Shown: positions 29,515 to 39,549 of the stretch, one piece after another | Layout of the letters: each line of letters starts with the position of its first letter | Numbering within the stretch: position 1 is the first letter of the stretch | Assembly: GCA_963664825.1 (NCBI GenBank) | Contig: OY761614.1 | Location: 3,168,001 to 3,232,000, forward strand | Origin: an uncultured Holophaga sp. | Lineage (GTDB): Bacteria > Acidobacteriota > Holophagae > Holophagales > Holophagaceae | Length of the DNA: 64,000 nt | Reading direction: 5' to 3' | The notes under the pieces: model-generated | What the model saw: only the letters and a program-made list of their open reading frames with translations | Databases searched by the model: none | What the model was told of the DNA's origin: nothing | Translations under genes and position numbers: made by a program

Positions 29515-30408
29515 ATGGCCCGTCCTTCCCTCCTCCCCGGTCCCCGTCCCCCTTGGCTGAAGATCAAGGTGCCCGCTGCCGAGATCACCTTGGAGGTGGC
29601 CCGCCTGATGCGCTCCAAGCAGCTCGTCACGGTCTGCGAGGAGGCCCGCTGCCCCAACCAACAGGAATGCTGGGGCGTGCACCGCACGGCCACCTTTATG
29701 CTGCTGGGGGATGTCTGCACCCGGCACTGCGGCTTCTGCAATGTTACCAAGGGCAAGCCCGGCCAAATCGATCCCCTGGAGCCTCAGCGCGTGGCGGAGG
29801 CCGTGGCGACCCTGGGGCTGAAATTCGCGGTGGTCACCAGCGTGAACCGGGATGATCTGGCCGATGGCGGCGCGGAGCACTTCGCCCAGACCATCGGCTG
29901 GATCCGCACCCTTTCACCTGGATGCGGCGTGGAAGTGCTCATCCCGGACTTCCAGGGGCGCCAGGCCGATCTGCTCAGGGTGCTGGAGGCACGGCCCCAG
30001 GTGCTCAACCACAACGTGGAGACCATCCCCCGGCTCTACCGGCGCGTGCGCCCTGACGCCGACTACCTCCAGAGCATGACGCTGCTCTCCCGGGCCGCGG
30101 CCTGGCGGGACATCCATGCGCCGGAGCTGCGCACCAAGAGCGGCATCATGGTGGGGCTCGGAGAAAGCCCCGAAGAAGTGCTGGACCTGATGAAGGACTG
30201 GCGGGCCGCTCGGGTCGATATCGCCACCCTCGGCCAGTATCTGCCCCCCTCGGAGCATCATCTGCCCCTGGTGCGTTTCGTGGAACCCGGTGAATTCGAG
30301 ATGTTCCGCCTCAAGGGCCTTGAAATGGGCTTTCAGAGGGTGGAGTCCGCGCCCCTGGTGCGCAGCAGCTACCATGCCGGGGAGGGCTACGCCCCCCCGC
30401 TGGGGTGA
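29515..30408 (+). CDS. lipA: Lipoyl synthase
   Basis: CEEARCPNQQECW, CTRHCGFC, NHNVET, VRSSY. Confidence 0.95.
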   Translation: MARPSLLPGPRPPWLKIKVPAAEITLEVARLMRSKQLVTVCEEARCPNQQECWGVHRTATFMLLGDVCTRHCGFCNVTKGKPGQIDPLEPQRVAEAVATLGLKFAVVTSVNRDDLADGGAEHFAQTIGWIRTLSPGCGVEVLIPDFQGRQADLLRVLEARPQVLNHNVETIPRLYRRVRPDADYLQSMTLLSRAAAWRDIHAPELRTKSGIMVGLGESPEEVLDLMKDWRAARVDIATLGQYLPPSEHHLPLVRFVEPGEFEMFRLKGLEMGFQRVESAPLVRSSYHAGEGYAPPLG

Positions 30409-31367
30409 GGGCTTTCCCTGGCTAAGGGATGGGTGGGGTCTGGGCCGATATCCTGCAACCAGCCCCCCAGGTTCTCGAGGATGCCCATGCGGCTCATGTG
30501 ATGGAAGTGCTCGTGGGCCGTGGCGTCGAAGATGCGAATCTGGCCCAGACGGCCGCCCCAGGTCTCGATGCGACGCCGCAGGATCCGGAGATCCAGGGGA
30601 TCCGAGAAGACGAGATCGAAGCATGTGTCGGGTCGATCGGCCGTGATGCCCAGCAGGCGCGCCACTCGGTGCTCGGGGTCAGCCGAGACTTCAGCGGCGC
30701 TCTTGGCGAGCTGGGCCCAGTCTTTCCGAGCGATGGTTCGGAAGTACATGGCCATGTCCTGCATGAGGGTGGCGCTGAGCCTCCCCTCCGAACTGGCTTT
30801 CACCACCCGGGATACGAAGCCCTTGTGGGCTTCCTGGTTGCGGGCCAAGCCCCGGCTGGTGGCGGCGTGGAAGGAGGCCGTGATGCGGCTGGTGATGAAA
30901 CAAGAATTCGCATGGACATTCATTTCCGCCAGGACCACACGGACGAGGGGCCATGACGCCTCCAAGCTGGCCAGCACCTCCACGCTCAGATCGCTGCCGA
31001 AGGAAAACCCATAGAGGATCACCTCCTGGGCGGGGTGTTCGGCCAGGAAATGCGCCATGAAGGCCGCCACCTGCTTGCCCTGTTCGGCCATGGAGAAGCT
31101 GGAATCCGGGATCCGGTCCTTCCCGTTCTCGAAGCCCGGCACCGTCAGGGCCACATGATATCCATGCCAGTAGGGGTAATTGGCGGGGGCCTTGTCCAGG
31201 GTCTGGATGGCCTCCCAGAAACCCTCCAAGTCCAGGCCAATGCCATTGAGGAAGAACACGGCGCTGGGGGCGACGGCGGCGGCCGGGGAGGCTCCCCCAG
31301 GAAGATTCCAGCGGTGCAGGATTCCGGTGAGGGGGCAGCGGCAGGGCTTTTCGGGAGATGAGGGCAT
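30387..31367 (-). CDS. Alpha/beta-hydrolase-fold protein of unknown function
   Basis: FFLNGIG followed by nucleophile-elbow-like YGFSFG; start uncertain. Confidence 0.55.
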   Translation of the reverse strand: MPSSPEKPCRCPLTGILHRWNLPGGASPAAAVAPSAVFFLNGIGLDLEGFWEAIQTLDKAPANYPYWHGYHVALTVPGFENGKDRIPDSSFSMAEQGKQVAAFMAHFLAEHPAQEVILYGFSFGSDLSVEVLASLEASWPLVRVVLAEMNVHANSCFITSRITASFHAATSRGLARNQEAHKGFVSRVVKASSEGRLSATLMQDMAMYFRTIARKDWAQLAKSAAEVSADPEHRVARLLGITADRPDTCFDLVFSDPLDLRILRRRIETWGGRLGQIRIFDATAHEHFHHMSRMGILENLGGWLQDIGPDPTHPLARESPHPSGGA

Positions 31368-31503
31368 GGGGATCAGGGCCGAAAGGGCCGGGGGGGAGAG
31401 GGCCCCGGAAGCCCACCATACATCCCTTGGACCTCGTCCGCATGGGCTCAGTTCCCTGGGGCCTCACTTGCGCCGACCCTTTCTTTCGTTCCAGACTCCT
31501 CCC

Positions 31504-32448
31504 ATGCGCCGCCTCGCCGTGATCCATCATCAGCACCGGGAATGGGTGTCCGCCCTGGGGGAGGCCGAGCCCCGGTTGGAGATCCGAGGCTGGCACCCCA
31601 AGGATGCCCTGGAGGCCGATGGCCCCTGGCTGGCGGAGGCCGAGGCGCTCTTCACCTGGCGCTTTCCCTCAGGGCTCCTGGCGCGGATGCCCCGGCTGAC
31701 ATGGATCCAGAACAGCGGCGCGGGCGTGGATCAGCTGCTGGGCAACCCGGAAATCGGCGCCGAGATCCTCATCACCCGAGCCGATGGGGCCTTCGGCTTC
31801 TGGATGGCCCGCTACGTCGTGGGACACCTGCTGTCGGAAGCCCAGCGGATGGAGGAATGCCGGGCATCTCAAGAGAGTCGAACCTGGAATGCCGGGCTGA
31901 TCCCCGAGGACCTCCGCGGCCGAATGGCCCTGGTCGTGGGTTTCGGCCGCATCGGCCGCCAGATCGGGAGGGCCCTGCGGGAGCTGGGCCTGGAGGTGCA
32001 TGGCTTCGTGCGGACCCCGAGAACCGAGGATGAATTTCCCCTGCATCACACGGCCGATCTCCCGGAGCTCCTGCCCCAGGCGCGACTGCTGGTGCTCTGC
32101 GCCCCCCTCACGGCCGCCACCCGGGGGCTGGTGGATGGCCGCCTGCTGGCCCACGGAAACGCCGAATTGACCCTCATCAACGTGGGGCGGGGTGAGCAGG
32201 TGGTGCTGCCTGATCTCATAGTGGCCCTGGATTCCGGGTACCTTCACCGGGCCGTGCTGGATGTCTTTCCCGTGGAACCCCTGGCTGGGGATTCCCCCCT
32301 GTGGCGCCATCCGGGGATCACCATCACCCCTCATCACAGCGGTCCCTCGACGCCTCGCGCCATGATCCCCGATCTCCTGCCCAATCTGCGACGCTACGCG
32401 GAGGGACTGCCTCCCGAACGGGCGGTGGACCGGGTGAGAGGCTACTGA
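31504..32448 (+). CDS. D-2-hydroxyacid dehydrogenase (GhrA-like)
   Basis: GAGVD, VGFGRIG, INVGRG, LDVFPVEPL, ITPH. Confidence 0.88.
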   Translation: MRRLAVIHHQHREWVSALGEAEPRLEIRGWHPKDALEADGPWLAEAEALFTWRFPSGLLARMPRLTWIQNSGAGVDQLLGNPEIGAEILITRADGAFGFWMARYVVGHLLSEAQRMEECRASQESRTWNAGLIPEDLRGRMALVVGFGRIGRQIGRALRELGLEVHGFVRTPRTEDEFPLHHTADLPELLPQARLLVLCAPLTAATRGLVDGRLLAHGNAELTLINVGRGEQVVLPDLIVALDSGYLHRAVLDVFPVEPLAGDSPLWRHPGITITPHHSGPSTPRAMIPDLLPNLRRYAEGLPPERAVDRVRGY

Positions 32449-32882
32449 TGAGGGCCGTCATCCAGCGCGTGAAGCGGGCCCGAGTGAGCGCCGGAGGGCT
32501 CGAGGCCGCCATCGGCCCGGGACTGCTGGTGCTGGTGGGTCTGGAGACGGGGGATACCGAGGCCACCTGCGCCTGGGCCGCCGCCAAGATCGCCAGCCTG
32601 CGCATCTTCGAAGATGGGGACGGGAAGATGAACCTGGGCCTTCAGGACATCGGCGGCGAGATCCTGGCCATCAGCCAGTTCACCCTGGCGGGCAACCTCG
32701 CCAAGGGACGCCGTCCCTCCTTCGAGGGGGCCATGGACCCCGATTCCGCCCGGAGCCTCTTCCGGCGCTTCCTGGAGTTCCTGGATGTCCAGCATCCAGG
32801 TGTGAAATGCGGCTTCTTCCAGGAGCACATGGAGGTGGAACTGGTGAACGACGGGCCCGTGACCTTCGTATTGGAACGCTAG
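32448..32882 (+). CDS. dtd: D-aminoacyl-tRNA deacylase
   Basis: MRAVIQRV, SQFTL, NDGPVT. Confidence 0.95.
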   Translation: MRAVIQRVKRARVSAGGLEAAIGPGLLVLVGLETGDTEATCAWAAAKIASLRIFEDGDGKMNLGLQDIGGEILAISQFTLAGNLAKGRRPSFEGAMDPDSARSLFRRFLEFLDVQHPGVKCGFFQEHMEVELVNDGPVTFVLER

Positions 32883-32890
32883 GCGCGCCA

Positions 32891-33553
32891 CTAGGCCTTG
32901 CCTCCTCCCCTCTTCAGGGGCAGGAAGACGACGGCTTCGAGAGCCTGGAACTGTCGGTGCCCTCGGCGCTTTCGGGCGAGGACCAGTTGATGAGGCCCTT
33001 CCGGGGGGCCCAGGGGGAGCAGGAGGCGGCCTCCCTCCCCGAGCTGTGCCCATAGGGCTCCAGGGATCTCTGGGGCCGCGCAACTGAGGAAGACCGCTTC
33101 GAAGGGGGCCTCCTCGGACCAACCCAGGTTCCCGTCGCCCTGGCGCAGATGGACGTTCTGGAAGCCCAGCTCTTCCAGCGTTCGGGTGGCCCGATGCACC
33201 AGACCCCCCTCCAGTTCGAGGCCGTAGACTTCGCGGCAGAGCTGCGAGACCACGGCGGCGGCATAGCCGCATCCCGAGCCGATTTCCAACACGCGCTCCC
33301 AGCCCTGCAATGCCAGGCTCTCGGCCATGGAGGCCACGATGTAGGGCTGGCTGATGGTCTGCGCGGGCCCGATGGGCAGGGGATGGTCCGCGTAGGCCTG
33401 GCTCCAGAGTTCCCTGGGGACGAAGCGGTGGCGAGGCACGCGGCCCATGGCCTCCAGGACCCGAGGATCGCGGATGCCCCGGGCCTCGATCTGCTCCCGG
33501 ACCATGGCCTGGCGGTTGGGCAGGAAGGGATCCTCTGCGGTCTCAGGGTCCAT
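32891..33553 (-). CDS. pcm: Protein-L-isoaspartate O-methyltransferase
   Basis: VPRHRFV, QTISQPYIVA, VLEIGSGCGY. Confidence 0.92.
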   Translation of the reverse strand: MDPETAEDPFLPNRQAMVREQIEARGIRDPRVLEAMGRVPRHRFVPRELWSQAYADHPLPIGPAQTISQPYIVASMAESLALQGWERVLEIGSGCGYAAAVVSQLCREVYGLELEGGLVHRATRTLEELGFQNVHLRQGDGNLGWSEEAPFEAVFLSCAAPEIPGALWAQLGEGGRLLLPLGPPEGPHQLVLARKRRGHRQFQALEAVVFLPLKRGGGKA

Positions 33554-33647
33554 GGACTCTAAGTTGGCGCAAAATTCCAGCGTCGCCAGGCATCCAAGGG
33601 GTTTGGCCCCTCTGGGGACGTAGAATGGTCCTTTGCCCGGAGTCCGG

Positions 33648-34532
33648 ATGAAACGCCTTCTCCTTGCCGCCCTCGCCACGGGTTTCGCGCTTTTCGGCGC
33701 GGAGCCCGATGGCAGCATCTTCCCCAAGTTGAGTCCCGAGGCCACCGTCAGCCAGACCATCGGCACCACCACCGTCTCCATCGACTACCATCGTCCCCAG
33801 GTCCGGGGCCGGAAGATCTGGGGCGAACTGGTGCCCTTTGGCCAGGTGTGGCGCACGGGCGCCAACGAGGCCACCACCCTAAAGTTCTCGGATCCTGTGC
33901 GGGTGAACGGCCATCCGGTGCCCGCGGGCACCTACGCGCTCTTCTCCATCCCCGGGCCCGAACAGTGGACGCTCATCCTGAACAAGCGCTGGCGGCAGTT
34001 CGGCAGCTTCGAATACCAGCCCAAGGAGGACCTGCTGCGCTTCGACGTGAAGGCCAAGGCCGTCAAGGAACATTCGGAATGGCTCACCTACGAGGTCTAT
34101 CCCGCCAGCCGCAGCAGCGCCTACGTGGATCTCTACTGGGAGAAGCTGAGGGTCAGCTTCCTGGTGGATGTGGACGTGGACGCCATGGTGACGGCGCGGA
34201 TGAAGCGCGCCATGGGCCGAGCCGGCGAACGGGATTGGAAGCTCTATGCGGAGGCCGCCGAGTACTTCGTGGAGCAGGAGAAGGAGCTCAAGCAGGCTCT
34301 CACCTGGGCTGAGAAATCCATCCGCATCCAGGAGAACCCCACCAACCTCTCCGTGAAGGCCCGGATCCTGCGCGCCATCGGCCAGCCCGCCCAGGCCTAC
34401 CAGACCATGGAAAGGGCCCTGCGCATCGCCAGGGCCCAGAATGCGGGAGGAGCCGTCACGGGCCCCATCCAGGGCACGCTGGAAATGTGGAAGCGGCAGA
34501 ACGGCGGCAGCGCGCCCACTCAACGGAAATGA
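33648..34532 (+). CDS. DUF2911 family exported protein with C-terminal TPR-like helices
   Basis: Signal peptide; SP.ATVSQTIG, YHRP..RGRKIWG.LVPFG.VWRTGANEAT, AGTYALF.IP. Confidence 0.85.
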   Translation: MKRLLLAALATGFALFGAEPDGSIFPKLSPEATVSQTIGTTTVSIDYHRPQVRGRKIWGELVPFGQVWRTGANEATTLKFSDPVRVNGHPVPAGTYALFSIPGPEQWTLILNKRWRQFGSFEYQPKEDLLRFDVKAKAVKEHSEWLTYEVYPASRSSAYVDLYWEKLRVSFLVDVDVDAMVTARMKRAMGRAGERDWKLYAEAAEYFVEQEKELKQALTWAEKSIRIQENPTNLSVKARILRAIGQPAQAYQTMERALRIARAQNAGGAVTGPIQGTLEMWKRQNGGSAPTQRK

Positions 34533-34877
34533 GGGCGAAACCTCTTCGGGCTGGATCCCGAGGGGGACGAGGGGCTCGGAGGGGGGTCTCCTTGGTTGAA
34601 ACGTGAAATAAATATTTAAAATATCGCACCGCTTTTGGTTTTCCCGATTTCCAGAGGAAACGCCGCCCTTCCCCTGTGGCGAAGCTAGTGCTTGTTTGCT
34701 GAATGATGGGGGTCATCCTCCGTGGGGGGGGATTCCCGGGTGAGGCCCCTTCTGAGGGGGGTTAACCCTAATTAATAACTTTATTTTGGGGGTGTTTTTT
34801 GACTCAATACGCGTGATACGTTGATTTTTGGAAACCGGCTGATCGGTACTCCAATTCCTGTCTCAAAGGAGATAGCC

Positions 34878-35915
34878 ATGCCCATGGGCTGCAAATACGG
34901 ATCCCACCGCGTGCTCGTGCCGAAAGGCGCCCTTCCTCAGCCCGCGCAGAAACTCAATAACGATTTCTCGACGGTCTACGACAACGAGATCCTCGTGGAC
35001 GTGATCGCCCTGAACATCGATAGCGCCAGCTTCACTCAGATCGAGGAAGAAGCCGGCCACGATGTGGAGAAGATCGGCGCCAAGATCCTCTCCATCGTCG
35101 GCGAGCGCGGCAAGCAGCAGAACCCGGTCACGGGTTCCGGCGGCATGTTCATCGGCAAGGTGGCCAAGATCGGCGCCGCCCTCAAGGATCGCGATCTCAA
35201 GGTGGGCGATAAGATCGCCTCCCTGGTCTCCCTGAGCCTCACCCCTCTGAAGATCAACAAGATCCTCAAGATCCACCCCAAGATCGACCGGGTGGAAATC
35301 GAGGGCCAGGCCATCCTCTTCGAGAGCGGCATCTACGCCAAGCTCCCCGAGGACATGACCGAGAGCCTGGCCCTGGCGGCCTTGGATGTTGCGGGCGCAC
35401 CCGCCCAGACTGCCAAGCTCGTGCGGCCCGGCCATAGCGTCCTGGTCATTGGCGCCGGCGGCAAGTCCGGCATGCTCTGCTGCTACGAAGCCATGAAGCG
35501 CGTGGGCCCCACGGGCCGCGTGGTGGGCAACGTGCACTCCGCCCGGGATATCAAGACCCTGATGGATCTTGGGCTCTGCCATGAGGCTGTGCAGGGCGAT
35601 GCCTCCAGCCCCATCGAATTCCTGGATATCGTGACGAAGGCCAACCTGGGCCGGGAATACGACGTGGTCATTACCTGCGTGAACGTGGCCAATTGCGAGA
35701 TGGGCAGCATCCTGCCCTGCAAGGATGATGGGGTCGTCTACTTCTTCAGCATGGCCACCAGCTTCACCAAGGCGGCTCTGGGCGCCGAGGGCGTGGGCAA
35801 GGACGTCACCATGATCGTCGGCAACGGCTACACCAAGGATCACGCCGAGATCACCCTGTGGGAACTGCGGGAGAATCCTAAGCTCCGCAAGCTCTTCGAA
35901 GAACGCTACCTCTAA
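34878..35915 (+). CDS. kdd: L-erythro-3,5-diaminohexanoate dehydrogenase
   Basis: GCKYGSHRV..P.G.LPQPA, LNIDSASF, NPVTGSGGM, LVSLSLTPL, LDVAGAPAQ, FFSMATSF; AAGGAG RBS. Confidence 0.92.
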   Translation: MPMGCKYGSHRVLVPKGALPQPAQKLNNDFSTVYDNEILVDVIALNIDSASFTQIEEEAGHDVEKIGAKILSIVGERGKQQNPVTGSGGMFIGKVAKIGAALKDRDLKVGDKIASLVSLSLTPLKINKILKIHPKIDRVEIEGQAILFESGIYAKLPEDMTESLALAALDVAGAPAQTAKLVRPGHSVLVIGAGGKSGMLCCYEAMKRVGPTGRVVGNVHSARDIKTLMDLGLCHEAVQGDASSPIEFLDIVTKANLGREYDVVITCVNVANCEMGSILPCKDDGVVYFFSMATSFTKAALGAEGVGKDVTMIVGNGYTKDHAEITLWELRENPKLRKLFEERYL

Positions 35916-36019
35916 TAAGTCCCACCGCCAGGACGCCAGGGAAGGTTCTTCCTCTGGCGTCTTGGCATGTTTCCAGATAGAGGAAAATGCAGGACGGTTC
36001 ATCTTTCACGGAGGAAACC

Positions 36020-37276
36020 ATGGTTCAGGCAGCGCCGAAGCTCAATCTGACCAGGTCCATGAAGATGTATGAGGAGAGCCAGAGGCTTTCCCCCGGTGGG
36101 ATGATGGGCATCCGTCGGCCGTACAACTTCGTTGTCGGCGAGTACCCGATCTTCCTGGAACGCGGCTATGGCGGCCACATCGTGGATGTGGACGGCAACG
36201 ACTACATCGATATGCTCTGCGCCTACGGGCCGATCATCCTGGGCTACAACGAGCCCGAGATCAACGAGGCCGTGAAGGCGCAGATGGAGAAGGGCTTCTG
36301 CTTTTCGCTGGTTCAGCCCATCCAGAACGAGCTGGAGCGCAAGCTCATCGAGCTCATTCCCAGTGCCGAGCGCGTCATCCTGGTCAAAACCGGATCCGAC
36401 GCGACGACCCTTGCCACGCGCATCGCCCGGGGCTACACGGACCGGACTAAGATCCTGCGCTGCGGCTATCACGGCTGGCACGACTGGGCGGTGGAGGTGC
36501 ATGGCGGTGTGCCCCCCTGCGTGCAGGAGCTCACCATCGAATTCGAGTATGGCGATTTAAATGACCTGGAGGCCAAGCTGAAGGCGAACCAGGGAGAGGT
36601 GGCCTGCATCATCATCACGCCCGTGGGTCATCCACTGGCCAAGCCAGTCATTCCGCCTCCCGAGGGCTACCTGGAGGGGGTCCGGGAGCTGGCGGATCGC
36701 TACAAGGTCGTGCTCATCTTCGACGAGATCCGCACGGGCTTCCGGGTGGCCCTGGGGGGGGCCCAGGAGCGCTATGGTGTCACGCCGGATCTCTCTACCT
36801 TCGGCAAGGCCATGGCCAATGGCTACGCCCTCAGCGCCGTGGTGGGCAAGGCCGAATTCATGAACGTCTGCGAGAAGAAGGTCTTCGTCTCCTCCACCTT
36901 CTTCCCCAATAGCCTGGAGATGGCCGCCGCGCTGAAGTGCATCGAGATCCTCCAGCGGGACAAGATCCTCGATCAGGTCTGGGAAAAGGGCGCGTGGTTC
37001 CTGCAGGCGTTGAAGACCGTAGTGGCGGCCTCCAAGGTGCCCGTGAGCGTCAATGGCATCCCTCCCATGCCCTTCCTGTCTTTCGAAAAAGTGGACGGTT
37101 TCCACAAGGAACGCCGCGAGACGTTCTATACCGAGACCATCCGCCGGGGCCTGTTCATCCAGCCCTACCACCACTGGTACATCAGCGCCCGCCACACCCA
37201 GGCCGATCTAGACAAGGCCGTCTGGGCCATCACCGAGGCGCTGGCCATCGTGAACGCGCACTACCCGGTCAACTAA
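36020..37276 (+). CDS. kat: Class III PLP aminotransferase, probable 3-aminobutyryl-CoA aminotransferase
   Basis: GIRRPYNFV, DVDGNDYID, KTGSDAT, GYHGWHDW, FDEIRTGFR, STFGKAMANG; position between kdd and kce matches Kat. Confidence 0.75.
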   Translation: MVQAAPKLNLTRSMKMYEESQRLSPGGMMGIRRPYNFVVGEYPIFLERGYGGHIVDVDGNDYIDMLCAYGPIILGYNEPEINEAVKAQMEKGFCFSLVQPIQNELERKLIELIPSAERVILVKTGSDATTLATRIARGYTDRTKILRCGYHGWHDWAVEVHGGVPPCVQELTIEFEYGDLNDLEAKLKANQGEVACIIITPVGHPLAKPVIPPPEGYLEGVRELADRYKVVLIFDEIRTGFRVALGGAQERYGVTPDLSTFGKAMANGYALSAVVGKAEFMNVCEKKVFVSSTFFPNSLEMAAALKCIEILQRDKILDQVWEKGAWFLQALKTVVAASKVPVSVNGIPPMPFLSFEKVDGFHKERRETFYTETIRRGLFIQPYHHWYISARHTQADLDKAVWAITEALAIVNAHYPVN

Positions 37277-37311
37277 AAGTCATAACCGAACCCCGATACA
37301 GGAGCCCAGCC

Positions 37312-38136
37312 ATGGACAACAAGCTCATCATCACCTGCGCGGTCACGGGCGCGGAGACGACCAAGGAAATGCAGCCCGCCCTGCCTGTCACGCCCGAGGA
37401 GATTGCCACCAGCACCCTGGAGGCCTATGAGGCGGGGGCTTCCGTGCTCCACCTGCATGTCCGCCAAGCCGATGGCACCCCCACCCAGGACGTGGCCATA
37501 TTCCAGAAGGCCATCGAACTGGTGCGCGCCAAGTGCGACATCGTCATCGAATGCACCACCGGCGGCGCGGCCTGGATGACGCCCGAGGAGCGGCTCCAGC
37601 CCGTGACGCTCAAGCCGGAGATGGCCAGCCTGGATTGCGGAACTGTGAATTTTGGCGACGAGTACATCGTCAACACGCTGCCCATCATGCGCCAGTTCGC
37701 CGAGGCCATGCGGGATGGCGGTGTGCGCCCCACCCTGGAATGCTTCGATCTGGGGCATGTCTACGCCAGCCACATCCTCATCAAGGAGGGACTGCTGCAG
37801 GAGCCCTTCCACTACGGCCTGGTGCTCAACGTGCCCGGCGCCGCCAAGTACGATGTGGATGTGCTGGAATTCCTGGTCCGCAAGCTGCCCAAGGGGGCCT
37901 TCTGGACGGCCTTCGGCATCGGCGGCAAGGCCAACGTCGATAGCATCTACGCCACCATCGCCCTGGGCGGCAATCTCCGCGTGGGCTTCGAGGACAACAT
38001 CTACTACGGCAAGGGCCGCTTGGCCAAGTCCAACGCCGAGCTGGTGGAGCGGGCGGCCCGCATCGGCAAGGATTGCGGCCGCGAATTGGCCCGCCCCGAC
38101 GATGTCCGGCAGATGCTCCAGCTTAGGAAGGCCTGA
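37312..38136 (+). CDS. kce: 3-keto-5-aminohexanoate cleavage enzyme
   Basis: IITCAVTGAE, HLHVR, TTGGA, MASLDCGTVNFG, RVGFEDN. Confidence 0.92.
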   Translation: MDNKLIITCAVTGAETTKEMQPALPVTPEEIATSTLEAYEAGASVLHLHVRQADGTPTQDVAIFQKAIELVRAKCDIVIECTTGGAAWMTPEERLQPVTLKPEMASLDCGTVNFGDEYIVNTLPIMRQFAEAMRDGGVRPTLECFDLGHVYASHILIKEGLLQEPFHYGLVLNVPGAAKYDVDVLEFLVRKLPKGAFWTAFGIGGKANVDSIYATIALGGNLRVGFEDNIYYGKGRLAKSNAELVERAARIGKDCGRELARPDDVRQMLQLRKA

Positions 38137-38269
38137 CATGAGGGTGCAGCTCCCGGCAGCCGCCTTCTGAAAGAGGCTGCTGCCGGGAGTGCCCGACTGG
38201 AACCTTCGCCCCTGGTGCCGGGATCGGCATGGAAACGGACTCCTCTCCCATTTTTTTAGCGAGAATTTC

Positions 38270-39532
38270 ATGAGATACAACTCTGTAGACTGGCGCTCCA
38301 TCGATCTCTTCAAGAATGTCACCGCGGAAGAGTGGAACGACTGGCGCTGGCAGCTCAAGCACGGCATCCACGACGTGGAGACCCTTGAGAAGGTCATCGC
38401 CCTCACCGACCAGGAGCGCGCGCACCTGCAGGAGTGCCTCAAGAAGTTCACCATGGCCATCACGCCCTACTACGCGGCTCTCATGGATCGCAATGATCCC
38501 AATTGCCCGGTGCGCATGCAGTCCGTGCCGCGCCTGGCCGAGCTGCACGACGATCCTTCGGATCTCGCCGACCCGCTCCACGAGGATGTGGATAGCCCCG
38601 TCCCCGGGCTCACTCATCGCTATCCCGACCGGGTGCTCCTGCTGGTGACCAACATCTGCTCCATGAATTGCCGCCACTGCACCCGGCGTCGCTTCGTGGG
38701 GGATACGGACGTGGATATGCCCGAGGAGCAGATCGCCAAGGCCATCGAATACATCCGGAAGACCGAGACCGTGCGGGACGTCCTCATCTCCGGCGGCGAT
38801 CCGCTGGTATTGGGCGACGATCAGCTGGAATCCATCCTCAAGCGGCTCCGGGCCATCGATCACGTGGAGATCATCCGCATCGGCACGCGCACGCCCGTGG
38901 TGATGCCCCAGAGGATCACCGATTCGCTGGTGGCCATGCTCAAGAAATACCACCCGGTCTTCATCAATACGCACTTCAACCATGCCAAGGAGATCACCCA
39001 GGAATCCCGGACCGCCTGCGCCAAGCTGGCCGACGCCGGCATTCCCCTGGGCAACCAGAGCGTGCTCCTGCGCGGCGTCAACGATCAGACCGAAGTGATG
39101 AAGCAGCTCGTCCACAAGCTGCTGACCATCCGCGTGCGCCCCTACTACATCTACCAGTGTGATCTCTCCCTGGGCATCTCCCACTTCCGCACGACGGTGG
39201 ACAAGGGCATCGAGATCATCGAGGGCCTTCGCGGGCACACGACGGGCCTGGCCGTGCCCACCTTCGTGGTGGACGCTCCCGGGGGCGGCGGCAAGATCCC
39301 CGTCATGCCCAACTACCTCATCAGCCGGGGCGAACACCGGGTGGTGCTGCGGAACTACGAGGGCGTCATCACCACCTACACCGAACCCGTGCATACGACG
39401 GCGGCGCCTGTGGCCAAGCTCGAACCCAGCCACAAGGTCTACAAGGCCCTGGATGGGGTGGCCACCCTGTTGTCCGGGGAGAGGCTATGCCTCGAACCGG
39501 CGGAACTCTCCCGCAAACAGCGGAAGTTCTAG
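38270..39532 (+). CDS. kamA: L-lysine 2,3-aminomutase (radical SAM/PLP)
   Basis: [52 protein letters not shown]. Confidence 0.95.
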   Translation: MRYNSVDWRSIDLFKNVTAEEWNDWRWQLKHGIHDVETLEKVIALTDQERAHLQECLKKFTMAITPYYAALMDRNDPNCPVRMQSVPRLAELHDDPSDLADPLHEDVDSPVPGLTHRYPDRVLLLVTNICSMNCRHCTRRRFVGDTDVDMPEEQIAKAIEYIRKTETVRDVLISGGDPLVLGDDQLESILKRLRAIDHVEIIRIGTRTPVVMPQRITDSLVAMLKKYHPVFINTHFNHAKEITQESRTACAKLADAGIPLGNQSVLLRGVNDQTEVMKQLVHKLLTIRVRPYYIYQCDLSLGISHFRTTVDKGIEIIEGLRGHTTGLAVPTFVVDAPGGGGKIPVMPNYLISRGEHRVVLRNYEGVITTYTEPVHTTAAPVAKLEPSHKVYKALDGVATLLSGERLCLEPAELSRKQRKF

Positions 39533-39549
39533 CAGGGATCGGGGGATTC

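Noticed and set aside
27223..29880. Long antisense ORFs (885 aa here; similar ones opposite bcd, the kam genes and the ABC genes)
   Set aside because: Shadow frames expected from high-GC codon bias; no recognisable motifs, and they overlap well-supported genes.
34533..34877. Lysine riboswitch upstream of the lysine operon
   Set aside because: No AGAGGUGC, loop E, kink-turn or ACUGUC motifs in the expected order.
36020..37276. hemL (glutamate-1-semialdehyde aminomutase)
   Set aside because: It has GIRRPYNF and YHGWHDW rather than the HemL VNSPVRAF and YHGH.D motifs, and sits inside the lysine operon.
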